From Nitrospirota bacterium (GTDB taxonomy: Bacteria > Nitrospirota > Nitrospiria > JACQBW01): a stretch of DNA of 64,000 nucleotides. Positions 18,943-28,647 of this stretch are shown here, piece by piece. The notes beneath the pieces were generated by a model. It made no database searches and was not told the origin of the DNA. It saw only the letters and a list, made by a program, of their open reading frames with translations. The translations under genes were made by a program, and so were the position numbers. The stretch covers positions 39,224-103,223 of the forward strand of contig JACQBW010000003.1 of assembly GCA_016194305.1 (NCBI GenBank). The letters run 5' to 3'. The stretch's first letter is position 1. Each line of letters starts with the position of its first letter.

Positions 18943-19165
18943 AGAGCTGAAAAAGTATTAGTAATTCCGGTTTGTCAAAAAATCCCATCTGCAAGGCCGC
19001 AGTTTTGACGGTGCACGTTGGCACGAAAAAGTGTCAACAAGATCGTGCACGGGCGCGAGGAGGTGAGCGCCCTGGATCAGCTAAGGCGTACTTTTAATGT
19101 ACGTTGAAGATGACCGAGAAACGAGAACGAAGCAGATGGACTTTTTTACAGACCTGCCCGAAAAT

Positions 19166-19239
19166 CGGGGCGTGGCGCAGCCCGGTAGCGCACTCGCTTG
19201 GGGTGCGAGGGGTCGAAGGTTCAAATCCTTTCGCCCCGA
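19166..19239 (+). tRNA. tRNA-Pro (anticodon GGG).
   Basis: A manual cloverleaf gives a 7-bp acceptor CGGGGCG/CGCCCCG and an anticodon stem CTCGC/GCGAG. The loop is TTGGGGT and the T-loop is TTCAAAT. The discriminator is A and no CCA is encoded. Confidence 0.85.
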
Positions 19240-19318
19240 TCAAATAGGTGAAGCATCAGGGGTAACCTGTTGTTAAAGCCTAGTTTCAGCTTTTAGTTTG
19301 CCCCAACTGAAACAGAGG

Positions 19319-19347
19319 GTCCCGCTCTTAAGGCGGGACTTTTTTTT
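19319..19347 (+). terminator. Rho-independent terminator: GTCCCGC, TCTTAAG, GCGGGAC, then T8. It is preceded by a second hairpin at 19282-19313.
   Basis: Read directly from the sequence downstream of tRNA-Pro. Confidence 0.6.
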
Positions 19348-19359
19348 GGGATCTTCAAT

Positions 19360-20118
19360 ATGGATATACTAGTCTCAAACGACGACGGGATTCACTCGCC
19401 GGGAATTCACATGCTTGCCACGGCACTGCAGGAACTGGGAAATGTCTATGTCGTTTCGCCTGATCGGGAACGAAACGCTGTAGGCCACGCTCTCACACTT
19501 CATAAGCCGCTCAGAGTCGAAGAGATAAAAAAAAATTATTTCAGCGTTAACGGAACTCCTACCGATTGTGTCAACTGGGGTGTTCTCCATCTTTTGAAGA
19601 CTCCTCCGGCCCTCCTTGTTTCAGGCATCAATAAAGGGGCAAATCTGGGGGACGATGTCACCTATTCCGGTACCGTTTCCGCCGCATTTGAAGGGACGCT
19701 TCTCAAAATTCCCTCTATGGCGATTTCCCAAATGGGTCCTCCTCCCTATGAATTCAAGACAGCCGCCCATTTTGCAGTTAAAATTGCGAAAATGGTCCTG
19801 TCTCAGGGCCTTCCTCCCGATATTTTATTGAATGTCAATGTTCCCAATCTTCCGATCGAAAAGATGGGTAAGATAAAATGTGTTGGCCTGGGAAGAAGAG
19901 TTTTCGAAGATAATGCCATTATCGAAAAGGAAGATCCACGGGGACGTAAATATTTCTGGATTGGCGGAACTCAAATTCTCTGGGAAAAGAAGCGGGGCAC
20001 GGATAACGAAGCAATTTCAAATCATCAAATCTCCGTGACGCCTCTCCACCTAGATCTGACCCACTATGAATTCTTAAAGAAAATGGAAAGCTGGGAAACA
20101 CGCCTGAATTCAGAATGA
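19360..20118 (+). CDS. surE: 5'/3'-nucleotidase SurE.
   Basis: The N-terminal signature is 'ILVSNDDGIHSPGIHMLA'. Confidence 0.85.
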   Translation: MDILVSNDDGIHSPGIHMLATALQELGNVYVVSPDRERNAVGHALTLHKPLRVEEIKKNYFSVNGTPTDCVNWGVLHLLKTPPALLVSGINKGANLGDDVTYSGTVSAAFEGTLLKIPSMAISQMGPPPYEFKTAAHFAVKIAKMVLSQGLPPDILLNVNVPNLPIEKMGKIKCVGLGRRVFEDNAIIEKEDPRGRKYFWIGGTQILWEKKRGTDNEAISNHQISVTPLHLDLTHYEFLKKMESWETRLNSE

Positions 20119-20127
20119 GAAAACGTT

Positions 20128-20763
20128 TTGCATTTCATTGATAACCTCCTCAGTTTTTTAAGCCAGATAATCCTCTGGATGATTAACAGTTATGGCTATG
20201 CGGGAATTCTCCTGGCGATGGTTATTGAAAGCGCCTGCATTCCTCTCCCCAGCGAAATCATCATGACCTTTGCCGGATTTTTGGTCTCGGAAGGGACTTT
20301 TTCGCTGGCCGGCGTCACGTTGGCAGGTGCGGCTGGAAATCTGATCGGCTCGTGGATTGCCTATTTTCTGGGCCGTTTTGGGGGAAGAGGGTTTTTGGAA
20401 CGATATGGAAAATACTTTTTCATTTCCGAAGCAGAATTGAAGAAGGCCGACAGATGGTTTTTAAAGTATGGAGAAGCGACCGTTTTTGTCACACGGATGC
20501 TTCCCCTGGTTAGAACTTTTATCTCTCTTCCTGCCGGCATTTCCAAAATGAATTTCTTCAGATTTTCGATTTACTCTTTTGTGGGGTCGATCCCCTGGTG
20601 CCTCGGTCTTGCCTATGTCGGTAAAGTGTTGGGAAACCATTGGAGACAATTGGGTCCCTACTTTCATCAATTTGATTTTATCGTCGTGATCGGCCTGGTT
20701 CTCTTTATTTTCTGGTTTAAGAAAATGTATAACATGAAAGATACCAATGAACTCCACGATTAG
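20128..20763 (+). CDS. DedA/SNARE-associated family membrane protein.
   Basis: It is polytopic. The conserved 'GFLERYGKYFFIS...RMLPLVRTFISLPAGISKM' is present. Confidence 0.8.
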   Translation: MHFIDNLLSFLSQIILWMINSYGYAGILLAMVIESACIPLPSEIIMTFAGFLVSEGTFSLAGVTLAGAAGNLIGSWIAYFLGRFGGRGFLERYGKYFFISEAELKKADRWFLKYGEATVFVTRMLPLVRTFISLPAGISKMNFFRFSIYSFVGSIPWCLGLAYVGKVLGNHWRQLGPYFHQFDFIVVIGLVLFIFWFKKMYNMKDTNELHD

Positions 20764-22291
20764 ACTTTTTAATTCTTTCAGCCGTCAAAAAGAAATCTTC
20801 AATCCCATCGTATCGGGTCGGGTGCGGATGTACGTCTGTGGCGTGACGGTCTACGATCATTCTCACATGGGTCATGCGCGAAGCGCCGTGGTGTTTGATA
20901 TGATCAGACGATATTTTAAATTCAGAGAGTATACCGTTGAATTCGTCAAGAATTTTACGGATATTGACGACAAGATTATCAAGCGGTCTCAGGAAGAGAA
21001 GATTCCCTGGGTAGAGCTGACCCAAAAATACATTACCGAATACCATCTTGATATGAAGCGCTTAAACGTTGAGACTCCTACCGAGGAACCGAGAGCCACG
21101 GAATATATTCAGGAGATGATTGGATTGATTCAACGCCTGATTGAAAAGGGATTTGCCTATCTTTCGGAGGGAGACGTCTATTACCGGGTGGTTTCATTTA
21201 AGCCGTACGGACGACTTTCAAAAAGAGATCTTTCACTGGAATCGGCCGGCACGCGCGTTGAAATCAGCGAATTAAAGGAAAATCCCCTTGATTTTGTCCT
21301 TTGGAAATCTTCCAAACCTGGTGAACCCTGGTGGGACTCCCCCTGGGGAAAGGGGAGGCCGGGATGGCATATTGAGTGTTCGGCGATGGCGATGAAACTT
21401 TTGGGCGAAACGATCGATATTCATGGAGGGGGTGAAGACCTGCTTTTTCCGCATCATGAAAATGAGGTCGCCCAGAGTGAAGGCTCAACCGGCAAGAAAT
21501 TCGTGAATTACTGGATTCATAACGGATTTGTAACGGTGAACCAGGAAAAAATGTCGAAATCTCTGGGGAATTTTTTCACGATTAAAGAGGTTTTTGATTC
21601 TTATCTTCAGAAGCAATATGATCCTGAGGTAATCGGAGAATTCATCCGATATTTTCTTTTATCGACGCACTATCGCCAGCCTGTCCAGTTTTCTGATCAA
21701 GCAATTGAAGAAGCAAAAAACGCTCTTGATCGATTTTATGACTTATTGAAAAGGTGTAAAGAACCTTCGGATAAGGAGAGTAGTGAGAAAGTTAATCTTG
21801 ATAAAATCATTTCTATGGCGCGAGAACAATTTATAGAATCCATGAATGATGATTTTAATACTCCTGAGGCTTTAGCAACGTTACATACCTTTCGAAATGA
21901 AATTAATAAGCTATACAAATCGTCAATCGCCAATGACGATTCCGGTTATATCTTCAGATATTTTAATGAATTAGGAACGGTTCTTGGTTTGTTTTCCGTT
22001 TCTCCAAAGAACTGGCAGTTTGGTCTCAGACCCATTCCAGTTCCAGTCGTTTCACAAGATTTGCCGATCTCTGCAAATAAAGGTTCAAATGATCAAGTCC
22101 TTTATCAATCTGGAATGCAGCCTGTTTTTTTCCCTTTTAGTGATCAGGAAATTGAAAGATTGATCAAGGAAAGGTTAGATGCAAAAAATAAAAAAGATTT
22201 TAAAACTGCGGACAAAATTCGTGATGATCTAAAAAATAAAGGAATATCTCTTGAAGATACTCCAAATGGAAAAACGACTTGGAAAAGATAA
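20747..22291 (+). CDS. cysS: Cysteine--tRNA ligase.
   Basis: 'MYVCGVTVYDHSHMGHAR' is the HIGH region and KMSKS is present. The C-terminal DALR/'ADKIRDDLKNKGISLEDTPNGKTTW' module is present. Confidence 0.9.
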   Translation: MNSTIRLFNSFSRQKEIFNPIVSGRVRMYVCGVTVYDHSHMGHARSAVVFDMIRRYFKFREYTVEFVKNFTDIDDKIIKRSQEEKIPWVELTQKYITEYHLDMKRLNVETPTEEPRATEYIQEMIGLIQRLIEKGFAYLSEGDVYYRVVSFKPYGRLSKRDLSLESAGTRVEISELKENPLDFVLWKSSKPGEPWWDSPWGKGRPGWHIECSAMAMKLLGETIDIHGGGEDLLFPHHENEVAQSEGSTGKKFVNYWIHNGFVTVNQEKMSKSLGNFFTIKEVFDSYLQKQYDPEVIGEFIRYFLLSTHYRQPVQFSDQAIEEAKNALDRFYDLLKRCKEPSDKESSEKVNLDKIISMAREQFIESMNDDFNTPEALATLHTFRNEINKLYKSSIANDDSGYIFRYFNELGTVLGLFSVSPKNWQFGLRPIPVPVVSQDLPISANKGSNDQVLYQSGMQPVFFPFSDQEIERLIKERLDAKNKKDFKTADKIRDDLKNKGISLEDTPNGKTTWKR

Positions 22292-23049
22292 AAGGAAAAG
22301 AGAATGTCGTCATCGGAGTCCATCCGATGCTAGAAGCGCTCAAGGCGAAGGGGAGATCCTTCACCCTGATTTATATTCAAAAGGGAAAAAATGAAAGCGC
22401 GATTCACGATATGGTTCAGTTGGCAAAAGAACAGAATATCCGCCTGACTTACGCTTCGAAAGAAATTCTCGATCAAGTTTCCGGCACATTGAAACATCAG
22501 GGAGTGGTTGGTCTTGGCGGGTCAAAGCGTTATCATACGATCGATCAGCTTCTGGAATATTCGAAAGAGACCGGAGAGGAACCATTCTTTTTTATTCTGG
22601 ACGAACTTGAAGATCCGAGAAATCTGGGTGCGATTATTCGTACCGCGGAAGGTGCGGGGGTTCATGGCATTATCATCCCCATTCGACGATCAGCAGGAAT
22701 TACTGAAACAGTTGCAAAAACCTCCGCGGGAGCCATAGAATATGTCCGGGTCGCCCAGGTTGTCAATATAGTCCAAACGATTGAATTTCTAAAAAGCCGG
22801 GGTATCTGGATCTACGGACTGGAAGGTGAAGCAAAGACTTCCTACGATCGACTCGATTACAGGACGCCGGTTGCATTTGTGTTAGGGGGAGAGGGAAAGG
22901 GTTTGCGCCAGCTTGTTCGGCAGAACTGTGACATGACCGTTTCATTGCCAATGAGGGGTAAAATTCAATCTTTAAATGTTTCAACCACTGCGGGGATTAT
23001 CGCCTATGAAGCCCTCCGCCAGAGAATGAAAGCGACGAAACATGCTTAA
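22279..23049 (+). CDS. rlmB: TrmH-family 23S rRNA 2'-O-methyltransferase (RlmB-like).
   Basis: There is a SpoU/TrmH C-terminal domain with 'GAIIRTAEGAGVHGIII' and 'VAFVLGGEGKGL'. Confidence 0.8.
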   Translation: MEKIKGKENVVIGVHPMLEALKAKGRSFTLIYIQKGKNESAIHDMVQLAKEQNIRLTYASKEILDQVSGTLKHQGVVGLGGSKRYHTIDQLLEYSKETGEEPFFFILDELEDPRNLGAIIRTAEGAGVHGIIIPIRRSAGITETVAKTSAGAIEYVRVAQVVNIVQTIEFLKSRGIWIYGLEGEAKTSYDRLDYRTPVAFVLGGEGKGLRQLVRQNCDMTVSLPMRGKIQSLNVSTTAGIIAYEALRQRMKATKHA

Positions 23050-24379
23050 TGAACTCAGCGATAAGTTAAACGCGATCTTCAAGAAAATCCGGGGAGTGGG
23101 TGTTTTAAGAGAAGAGAACATCACCGAAGCGCTCAGAGAAGTCCGACTGGCCCTTCTTGAAGCCGATGTTCATTTTAAGGTGGTGAAAGGTTTTGTCGAT
23201 TCAGTCAAAGAGAAGGCCATAGGCCAAAAGGTCATGGAAAGTCTGACTCCGGGTCAGCAGATGATCAAAATTGTCTATGATGAGCTGGCTCAATTGTTGG
23301 GTGGACAACAGGCAAAAATTCCGATGTCTTCCCGTCCTCCCACCCGATTCATGCTGGTCGGTTTGCAGGGAGCGGGGAAGACGACGACTGCCGGAAAGCT
23401 GGCCTTATTCTACAAGAAAGAGGGAAAACGAGTCCTCTTGGTTCCGGCAGACCCCTATCGTCCCGCCGCGAAATCCCAGCTGGAGTTTCTTGGAAAACAG
23501 ATCGACGTTACGGTTGATTCGTCGGACCTGAACGAACCCGTCCTGATCGTGGCCAATGCCATAAAAAGAGCGGAAAGAGAGGGTTTTGAACTCGTCATTA
23601 TCGATACGGCGGGCCGGCTCCAGATGGATGAAGCCCTGATGATGGAGCTTCAGGAAATAAAAAAACTTGCCCAACCTGATGAAATTCTGATGGTGGCTGA
23701 CGGAATGATCGGCCAGGAAGCGGTCAAAGTCGTGGAAGGTTTTCATCAAAGGTTAGGGGTGACCGGAATTATTTTAACTAAAATGGAAGGGGATGCAAGA
23801 GGCGGTGCGCTCCTTTCGATGAAACAGGTCACCGGAATGCCAGTACGATTTATGGGGACTGGCGAAAAGCTGGAAATGCTGGAATTTTTTTATCCTGACC
23901 GGATGGCTTCACGAATTCTTGGGATGGGCGATGTGCTTTCACTTATTGAACTGGCCCAGGAGAATTTTGACAAGAGCGAGGCTGAAAACGTCGCCAGGAA
24001 ACTTCAGACCAATCAGTTCACTCTGTCCGATTTTAAAGAGCAGATCAAACAGTTTAAGAAACTCGGTTCGATTGAAAAAGTCCTTTCCATGATTCCCGGA
24101 GCCGGACAATTGAAACTCAAAGGGGATATGGCGATGCCTGAAAAGGAATTTGTAAGAATTGAAGCGATAATTGATTCAATGACCCTGAAGGAGCGTGACA
24201 ATCCCGGAGTGATCAACGGCTCAAGGCGGAAGCGTATTGCGAAAGGAAGCGGAACTTCCGTTCAGGAGATCAACAAGCTTCTCAAGCAGTTTATGGAAGC
24301 AAAGAAAATGATGAAAACCTTAAGCGGCAAGGGCGGAGCGAGAAATCTATGGCGTTCAATATCTTCAATGAAAGGTTAA
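23042..24379 (+). CDS. ffh: Signal recognition particle protein Ffh.
   Basis: The N domain and a G domain with 'LVGLQGAGKTTT' and 'IDTAGRL' are present. The Met-rich M domain has 'GRRKRIAKGSG'. Confidence 0.9.
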   Translation: MLNELSDKLNAIFKKIRGVGVLREENITEALREVRLALLEADVHFKVVKGFVDSVKEKAIGQKVMESLTPGQQMIKIVYDELAQLLGGQQAKIPMSSRPPTRFMLVGLQGAGKTTTAGKLALFYKKEGKRVLLVPADPYRPAAKSQLEFLGKQIDVTVDSSDLNEPVLIVANAIKRAEREGFELVIIDTAGRLQMDEALMMELQEIKKLAQPDEILMVADGMIGQEAVKVVEGFHQRLGVTGIILTKMEGDARGGALLSMKQVTGMPVRFMGTGEKLEMLEFFYPDRMASRILGMGDVLSLIELAQENFDKSEAENVARKLQTNQFTLSDFKEQIKQFKKLGSIEKVLSMIPGAGQLKLKGDMAMPEKEFVRIEAIIDSMTLKERDNPGVINGSRRKRIAKGSGTSVQEINKLLKQFMEAKKMMKTLSGKGGARNLWRSISSMKG

Positions 24380-25194
24380 AGTCTTTATTTGACTTTACTT
24401 CAGACGGAGTGATTATTCTCGATCATGCGATGAAAATCGTCGAGATTAATCCCGCGGCCGAAGCCATGACCGGTTGGAAGGCATCTGAAAGAAGAGGGTC
24501 TCCATTTCCGTATGAAAAACTGATTTCCCTGGATCCCGCCCAAAAAAAAGAAACAGGCGTTGACCTCTTTAATACGGCCGAGAGCCGCCATGACCTGGAA
24601 ATGGAAGTGACCCTTCTTCATGGCAATAAACTTCATCTTCCCGCGACCAGCTTTCCGATTTCCGGTGAAGGAGGGGAGCAATTTTTTGGTTTGATCCTTG
24701 AAAATATCTTAATGAAAGAGGGGGTTGTTGAGAATTTAATCCGACAGGAACGATTGGACGAGATGACCGGCCTCCTCCATAAGGACTATTTTCAACAGGT
24801 CTCAGGGGATGAAATAAGAAGAATGAACAAGAACGGTGGAACCCTCGGAGCAATTCTGATTCAAATCAAGAATCTGGACAAGATCCGGGAGAAGTTTGGC
24901 TCCGTCAAAGGAAGCGAAACGATCAAAAAGGTGGGAAGCCTGGTTAAGGGCAATTCCAGAGATATCGACCTGGTCTGCCGTTATGACGAAAACGAGTTTC
25001 TGGTCCTGCTCATTAATTCGGATACTGCCAAAATGAGTATCATTCTAAGGCGGCTCAAAGAAAAACTGGTTCATTCGAATAAAAGCGCCCATTTTCCTGC
25101 TCCGGTTCGGATCCGGTTGGGAAACGTGCTCGTGAATGACCACTATGAGGAAATCTTTAAAGCGGTTAAACTCTCGCTTGATAAATTTGTATAA
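24349..25194 (+). CDS. PAS-domain protein with a degenerate GGDEF domain. The active site is Y-D-E-N-E-F in place of GG(D/E)EF.
   Basis: The PAS-like N-terminus is 'DGVIILDHAMKIVEINPAAEAMTGW'. The GGDEF-fold C-terminus has 'LDEMTGLLHKDYF' and 'RYDENEFLVLL'. Its start overlaps the ffh stop by 31 nt. Confidence 0.65.
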   Translation: MAFNIFNERLKSLFDFTSDGVIILDHAMKIVEINPAAEAMTGWKASERRGSPFPYEKLISLDPAQKKETGVDLFNTAESRHDLEMEVTLLHGNKLHLPATSFPISGEGGEQFFGLILENILMKEGVVENLIRQERLDEMTGLLHKDYFQQVSGDEIRRMNKNGGTLGAILIQIKNLDKIREKFGSVKGSETIKKVGSLVKGNSRDIDLVCRYDENEFLVLLINSDTAKMSIILRRLKEKLVHSNKSAHFPAPVRIRLGNVLVNDHYEEIFKAVKLSLDKFV

Positions 25195-25303
25195 CAAGGT
25201 TATAATCATTGTTTTTGAAAATAAGGGAATAATCTTTTTCAAAGAAATCGGGAAAAGCAAACGAGACGGCGCCGGAAGGCAGTCCTAGACGGGGGGTAAA
25301 AGA

Positions 25304-25555
25304 GTGGCAGTAACGGTTAGATTATCAAGGGCGGGAAGGCACAAGAGGCCTTTTTTTAGAATTGTGGCAACAGATTCCAGATCTCCGAGAGAAGGAAGAT
25401 TTCTTGAGGTGTTAGGGACTTACGATCCTTCGAAAAAAGAAGAAAATTGCCTGGTTAATGCTGAGAAAGTCCAATATTGGTTGGGTCAAGGGGCTACCAT
25501 TTCCGACACCGTCAAGAGCCTTTTGCAAAAGAAAGGTTTATTTAAAAAAGCATAA
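25304..25555 (+). CDS. rpsP: 30S ribosomal protein S16.
   Basis: 'MAVTVRLSRAGRHKRPFFRIVATDSRSPREGRFLE' is present. Confidence 0.9.
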   Translation: MAVTVRLSRAGRHKRPFFRIVATDSRSPREGRFLEVLGTYDPSKKEENCLVNAEKVQYWLGQGATISDTVKSLLQKKGLFKKA

Positions 25556-25594
25556 CGTTTCAGTTGAATGCCAACATCATCCGGGGAGGCAAAC

Positions 25595-25840
25595 ATGGAA
25601 GCGGAATTAATGAGGCACCTGATTGAGCATATCGCTAAATCCCTTGTCGATAAACCTGGAGATGTTGTTGTGAGAGAGACGGATGGAGAAAAGACCACCA
25701 TTATTGAATTGAAAGTACATCAGGAAGATTTGGGGAAAGTCATCGGAAAACAAGGTCGAACTGCCCGTTCGATGAGGACCATTCTTAATGCCGCCGGGAT
25801 CAAACTCGGAAAAAGATGCGTTCTTGAGATCTTGGAATAA
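25595..25840 (+). CDS. KH-domain RNA-binding protein (YlqC/UPF0109 type).
   Basis: 'VHQEDLGKVIGKQGRTARSMRTIL' has the KH GXXG loop. GGGGAGG precedes the ATG at 25595. Confidence 0.75.
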   Translation: MEAELMRHLIEHIAKSLVDKPGDVVVRETDGEKTTIIELKVHQEDLGKVIGKQGRTARSMRTILNAAGIKLGKRCVLEILE

Positions 25841-25843
25841 AGG

Positions 25844-26358
25844 ATGTTAGAAGATTCCGGAGATTGGATTCTGATAGGAAAGGTTCTGAAAGCTCAGGGA
25901 TTGCATGGAGAAATAAAAGTTCATCTTCTGACCGATTATCCTGAGCGATTTAATGCCGGGGAGCGCGTCCACTTAAAAAAAAAGCGTTAACCTCTTTTTT
26001 AATTCTCTCGTCTCGAATCGAAGGTGAGTTCGCTTATTTAAAACTTGAAGGAATTGAGAATAAGGAGAGTACTGCGGATCTTCTTGGAAAAGAATTTCTG
26101 ATTCCCGTCGATCAGTTGAAACCTCCGGGAGAAGGTACCTATTATCCGTTTCAGATTCTGGGGTTTGATGTTTGGAGCGAAGAAAACGAACTGATTGGAA
26201 AATTGACAGAAATTTATTTGAATCCGAACCAGTCACTTTATGAAATCAAATCTGGAAAAAAGGAATATCTGGTCCCGGCGACGAAGAATTTTATAAAGAA
26301 AATTGATCTGGTTGAGAAGAAAATAGTCATTCATCTCATCGAGGGGATGCTTGATTGA
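25844..26358 (+). pseudogene. rimM: 16S rRNA processing protein RimM, interrupted by a frameshift inside an A9 homopolymer at 25975-25983. One extra A would restore a continuous reading frame.
   Basis: The N-terminal 48 codons 'MLEDSGDWILIGKVLKAQGLHGEIKVHLLTDYPERFNAGERVHLKKKR*' lie in one frame. The remainder '(A)LTSFLILSSRIEGEFAYLKLEGIE...PRC-barrel...GMLD' lies in the +2 frame. The downstream frame has no plausible start before the TTG at 26116. Confidence 0.6.
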
Positions 26359-26383
26359 TGAGCCAGAGAGATCATCGAGTGAC

Positions 26384-27136
26384 ATGAAAGCGAAAATCGT
26401 AACCCTGTTTCCAGAGATGATCAGGCCAGTGCTTCGGCAGAGCATCTTGAAACGGGCGATCGAAGGGAAATTTTTAGAAGTAGAGGTTCTGGATCTCCGG
26501 GATTTTAGCCGGAATAAGCATTGCCAGGTGGATGATGCCCCCTACGGCGGAGGGGCGGGAATGGTTATTTCTTCTGAACCGGTTTTCGAACTTTTCGAGT
26601 CGATAAAGTCAGAAGCTCCTTTTAGAACGATCTTACTTTCACCAGGAGGGAGGCCCTTTAATCAAAATATGGCCGAAGCGCTAAGCCGGGAGACAAAATG
26701 TCTCCTTTTCCTTTGTGGCCATTATGAAGGAATCGATGAAAGAGTCCGTGTTGCGCTTCAACCTGAAGAAATTTCTGTGGGCGACTATATCCTGACGGGA
26801 GGAGAACTCCCGGCATTGATTCTACTGGATGCAATCACGAGGCTGATCCCGGGCGTCCTGGGCGATCAAGAGTCACTTAAAGAAGAATCATTTAATGCAG
26901 ATCTTCTGGAATATCCACATTATACCCGGCCTTTCGAGAGCGGGGGCATTAAGGTGCCTGCCGTCCTTTTATCCGGTAACCATGAGGAGATCCGAAGATG
27001 GCGATTAAAAGAGTCTTTGAGGAAAACACTTGAGCAAAGGCCTGAACTTCTGGAACAGAAAGAACTCACACCGGAAGAAAAGAGCTTTTTAGACGAGCTA
27101 AAATTAGAAAAAACGAGTGATTTGAAAAGAGTTTAG
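26384..27136 (+). CDS. trmD: tRNA (guanine37-N1)-methyltransferase.
   Basis: 'KIVTLFPEM...[13 protein letters not shown]...LLSPGG' and '[13 protein letters not shown]' are present. Confidence 0.85.
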   Translation: MKAKIVTLFPEMIRPVLRQSILKRAIEGKFLEVEVLDLRDFSRNKHCQVDDAPYGGGAGMVISSEPVFELFESIKSEAPFRTILLSPGGRPFNQNMAEALSRETKCLLFLCGHYEGIDERVRVALQPEEISVGDYILTGGELPALILLDAITRLIPGVLGDQESLKEESFNADLLEYPHYTRPFESGGIKVPAVLLSGNHEEIRRWRLKESLRKTLEQRPELLEQKELTPEEKSFLDELKLEKTSDLKRV

Positions 27137-27161
27137 ATCACATATTGGAAGGAGTCATCAT

Positions 27162-27584
27162 ATGAATCAAAAAGAACGCATTGAAAAGGGGCTGATCACC
27201 AAAGAGAACGCCTCATTTAAGATTGGGGATACCGTCAATATTCATGTCAAGGTGATCGAGGGTGAGAAGGAAAGAATTCAGATATTCAAAGGGGTTGTGA
27301 TAGCCCGCAGATGGACGCTTAACCGGGAAACGTTTACAGTCAGAAAAGTCTCCTATGGTGTGGGTGTCGAGCGTATTTTCCCGCTCCACTCTCCTTTTGT
27401 TGAAAAAATTGAAGTCCTGAGAGAAGGTAGAGTCCGGCGAGCCAAACTCTATTACCTCAGAGGGAAAAAAGGCAAAGCCGCACGTATCGCCGAAAAGGCG
27501 AGTTTTGGGGCCGAAGAATCCATTGTCGTGGCTTCGCCGGTGGCTTCCGAAAAAGTGGAACCACTCGAAAAGGTTCCTTCCTAG
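27162..27584 (+). CDS. rplS: 50S ribosomal protein L19, with a roughly 25-aa C-terminal extension.
   Basis: '[32 protein letters not shown]' is present. Confidence 0.9.
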   Translation: MNQKERIEKGLITKENASFKIGDTVNIHVKVIEGEKERIQIFKGVVIARRWTLNRETFTVRKVSYGVGVERIFPLHSPFVEKIEVLREGRVRRAKLYYLRGKKGKAARIAEKASFGAEESIVVASPVASEKVEPLEKVPS

Positions 27585-27603
27585 CCATTTGTCATTCGCT
27601 CAA

Positions 27604-28212
27604 ATGTGGGAAAAACTGACCCATTTTGAGAAAGGTTGCGAAGCATCGGGATTCCGATTGGTCGCGGGTATTGACGAAGCCGGAAGAGGTCCCTTAGCCG
27701 GTCCTGTTGTTGCCGCTACCGTCATCTTTCCTCCCGGCTTTAAACTCCCAGGATTGAATGATTCAAAGCAGCTCAGTCCGTCTCAACGCGAATTTTATTA
27801 TCAGGAAATAGTAAATCATGCCCTGGCAATCGGAGTCGGCGTAGTCGAATCCGGGGTGATTGATCAAATTAACATTCTCCAGGCCACTCTTCTCGCCGCA
27901 AAAATGGCGGTGTCCCAATTGACTCCGCAGCCAGACTATTTATTGATTGATGCCTTAAACCTTTCCTTTATTTCCATTCCGCAGAAATCCATTATCAAGG
28001 GAGATACGCTCTCCTATTCTATTGCGGGTGCCTCCGTTGTGGCCAAGGTAACCCGCGACAGGATCATGCGGATGTATCATCATCAGCACCCAGAATACCA
28101 ATTTGATCATCACAAGGGTTACGGCACGAAAGAACACCTTCATCGTATTCAGATTCACGGACCATCTCCGCTTCACCGTTTGAGTTTTCGGGGTGTATTG
28201 CCAGCACGTTGA
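27604..28212 (+). CDS. rnhB: Ribonuclease HII.
   Basis: 'VAGIDEAGRGPLAGPVVAATVI' and 'DSKQLS' are present. The ATG at 27604 was chosen over the track's overlapping upstream start. Confidence 0.85.
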   Translation: MWEKLTHFEKGCEASGFRLVAGIDEAGRGPLAGPVVAATVIFPPGFKLPGLNDSKQLSPSQREFYYQEIVNHALAIGVGVVESGVIDQINILQATLLAAKMAVSQLTPQPDYLLIDALNLSFISIPQKSIIKGDTLSYSIAGASVVAKVTRDRIMRMYHHQHPEYQFDHHKGYGTKEHLHRIQIHGPSPLHRLSFRGVLPAR

Positions 28213-28281
28213 ATTCCCGGTCTTTGGAAAAGTGGCCAAAAATTCAGGACCAGGTTGTGAGAAAAGAGGAATTCGTATAAT

Positions 28282-28644
28282 ATGTCAGTGGACGGACTCG
28301 CATACGGAAAAGAGGGAGAGGCTTTCGCCACAAAATATCTCATCCAGCAGGGATATCAGATTCTGGAAAGAAATTTTAAAACTCGAATGGGTGAAATCGA
28401 TATTATTGCAAGGAATAAAGGCTATCTCGTTTTTGTGGAGGTCAAAGCAAGACAGAGCAACGATTTTGGCGGACCCGCGGGAGCGATAACCTCTTCAAAA
28501 CAGCGTAAAATAGTTCAAATCGCTAAAGCCTATATGGCCTTTAAAAAAGTTGAATCGGACGCCCGATTTGATGTGGTTCTGATTCATGGTTCCGGTAGTC
28601 TATCGTCGGTCGAACTGATTCAGAACGCCTTTGAGATTAGGTGA
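28282..28644 (+). CDS. yraN: YraN/UPF0102-family endonuclease-like protein.
   Basis: 'GEAFATKYLIQQGYQILERNFKTRMGEIDIIARNKGYLVFVEVKAR' is present. Confidence 0.75.
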   Translation: MSVDGLAYGKEGEAFATKYLIQQGYQILERNFKTRMGEIDIIARNKGYLVFVEVKARQSNDFGGPAGAITSSKQRKIVQIAKAYMAFKKVESDARFDVVLIHGSGSLSSVELIQNAFEIR

Positions 28645-28647
28645 AAT

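Noticed and set aside
18960-19160. A GC-rich 200-nt stretch upstream of tRNA-Pro with TGGCACG-like and GTGCACG repeats, considered as a promoter or ncRNA.
   Set aside because: There is no consistent promoter geometry or stable conserved structure. It is probably the tRNA promoter/leader region and is not called.
26116-26358. An 80-aa ORF starting at the TTG at 26116, a candidate independent small gene.
   Set aside because: Its frame is open upstream to 25954 with RimM-like sequence and no start codon. It is the C-terminal part of the frameshifted rimM, not a separate gene.
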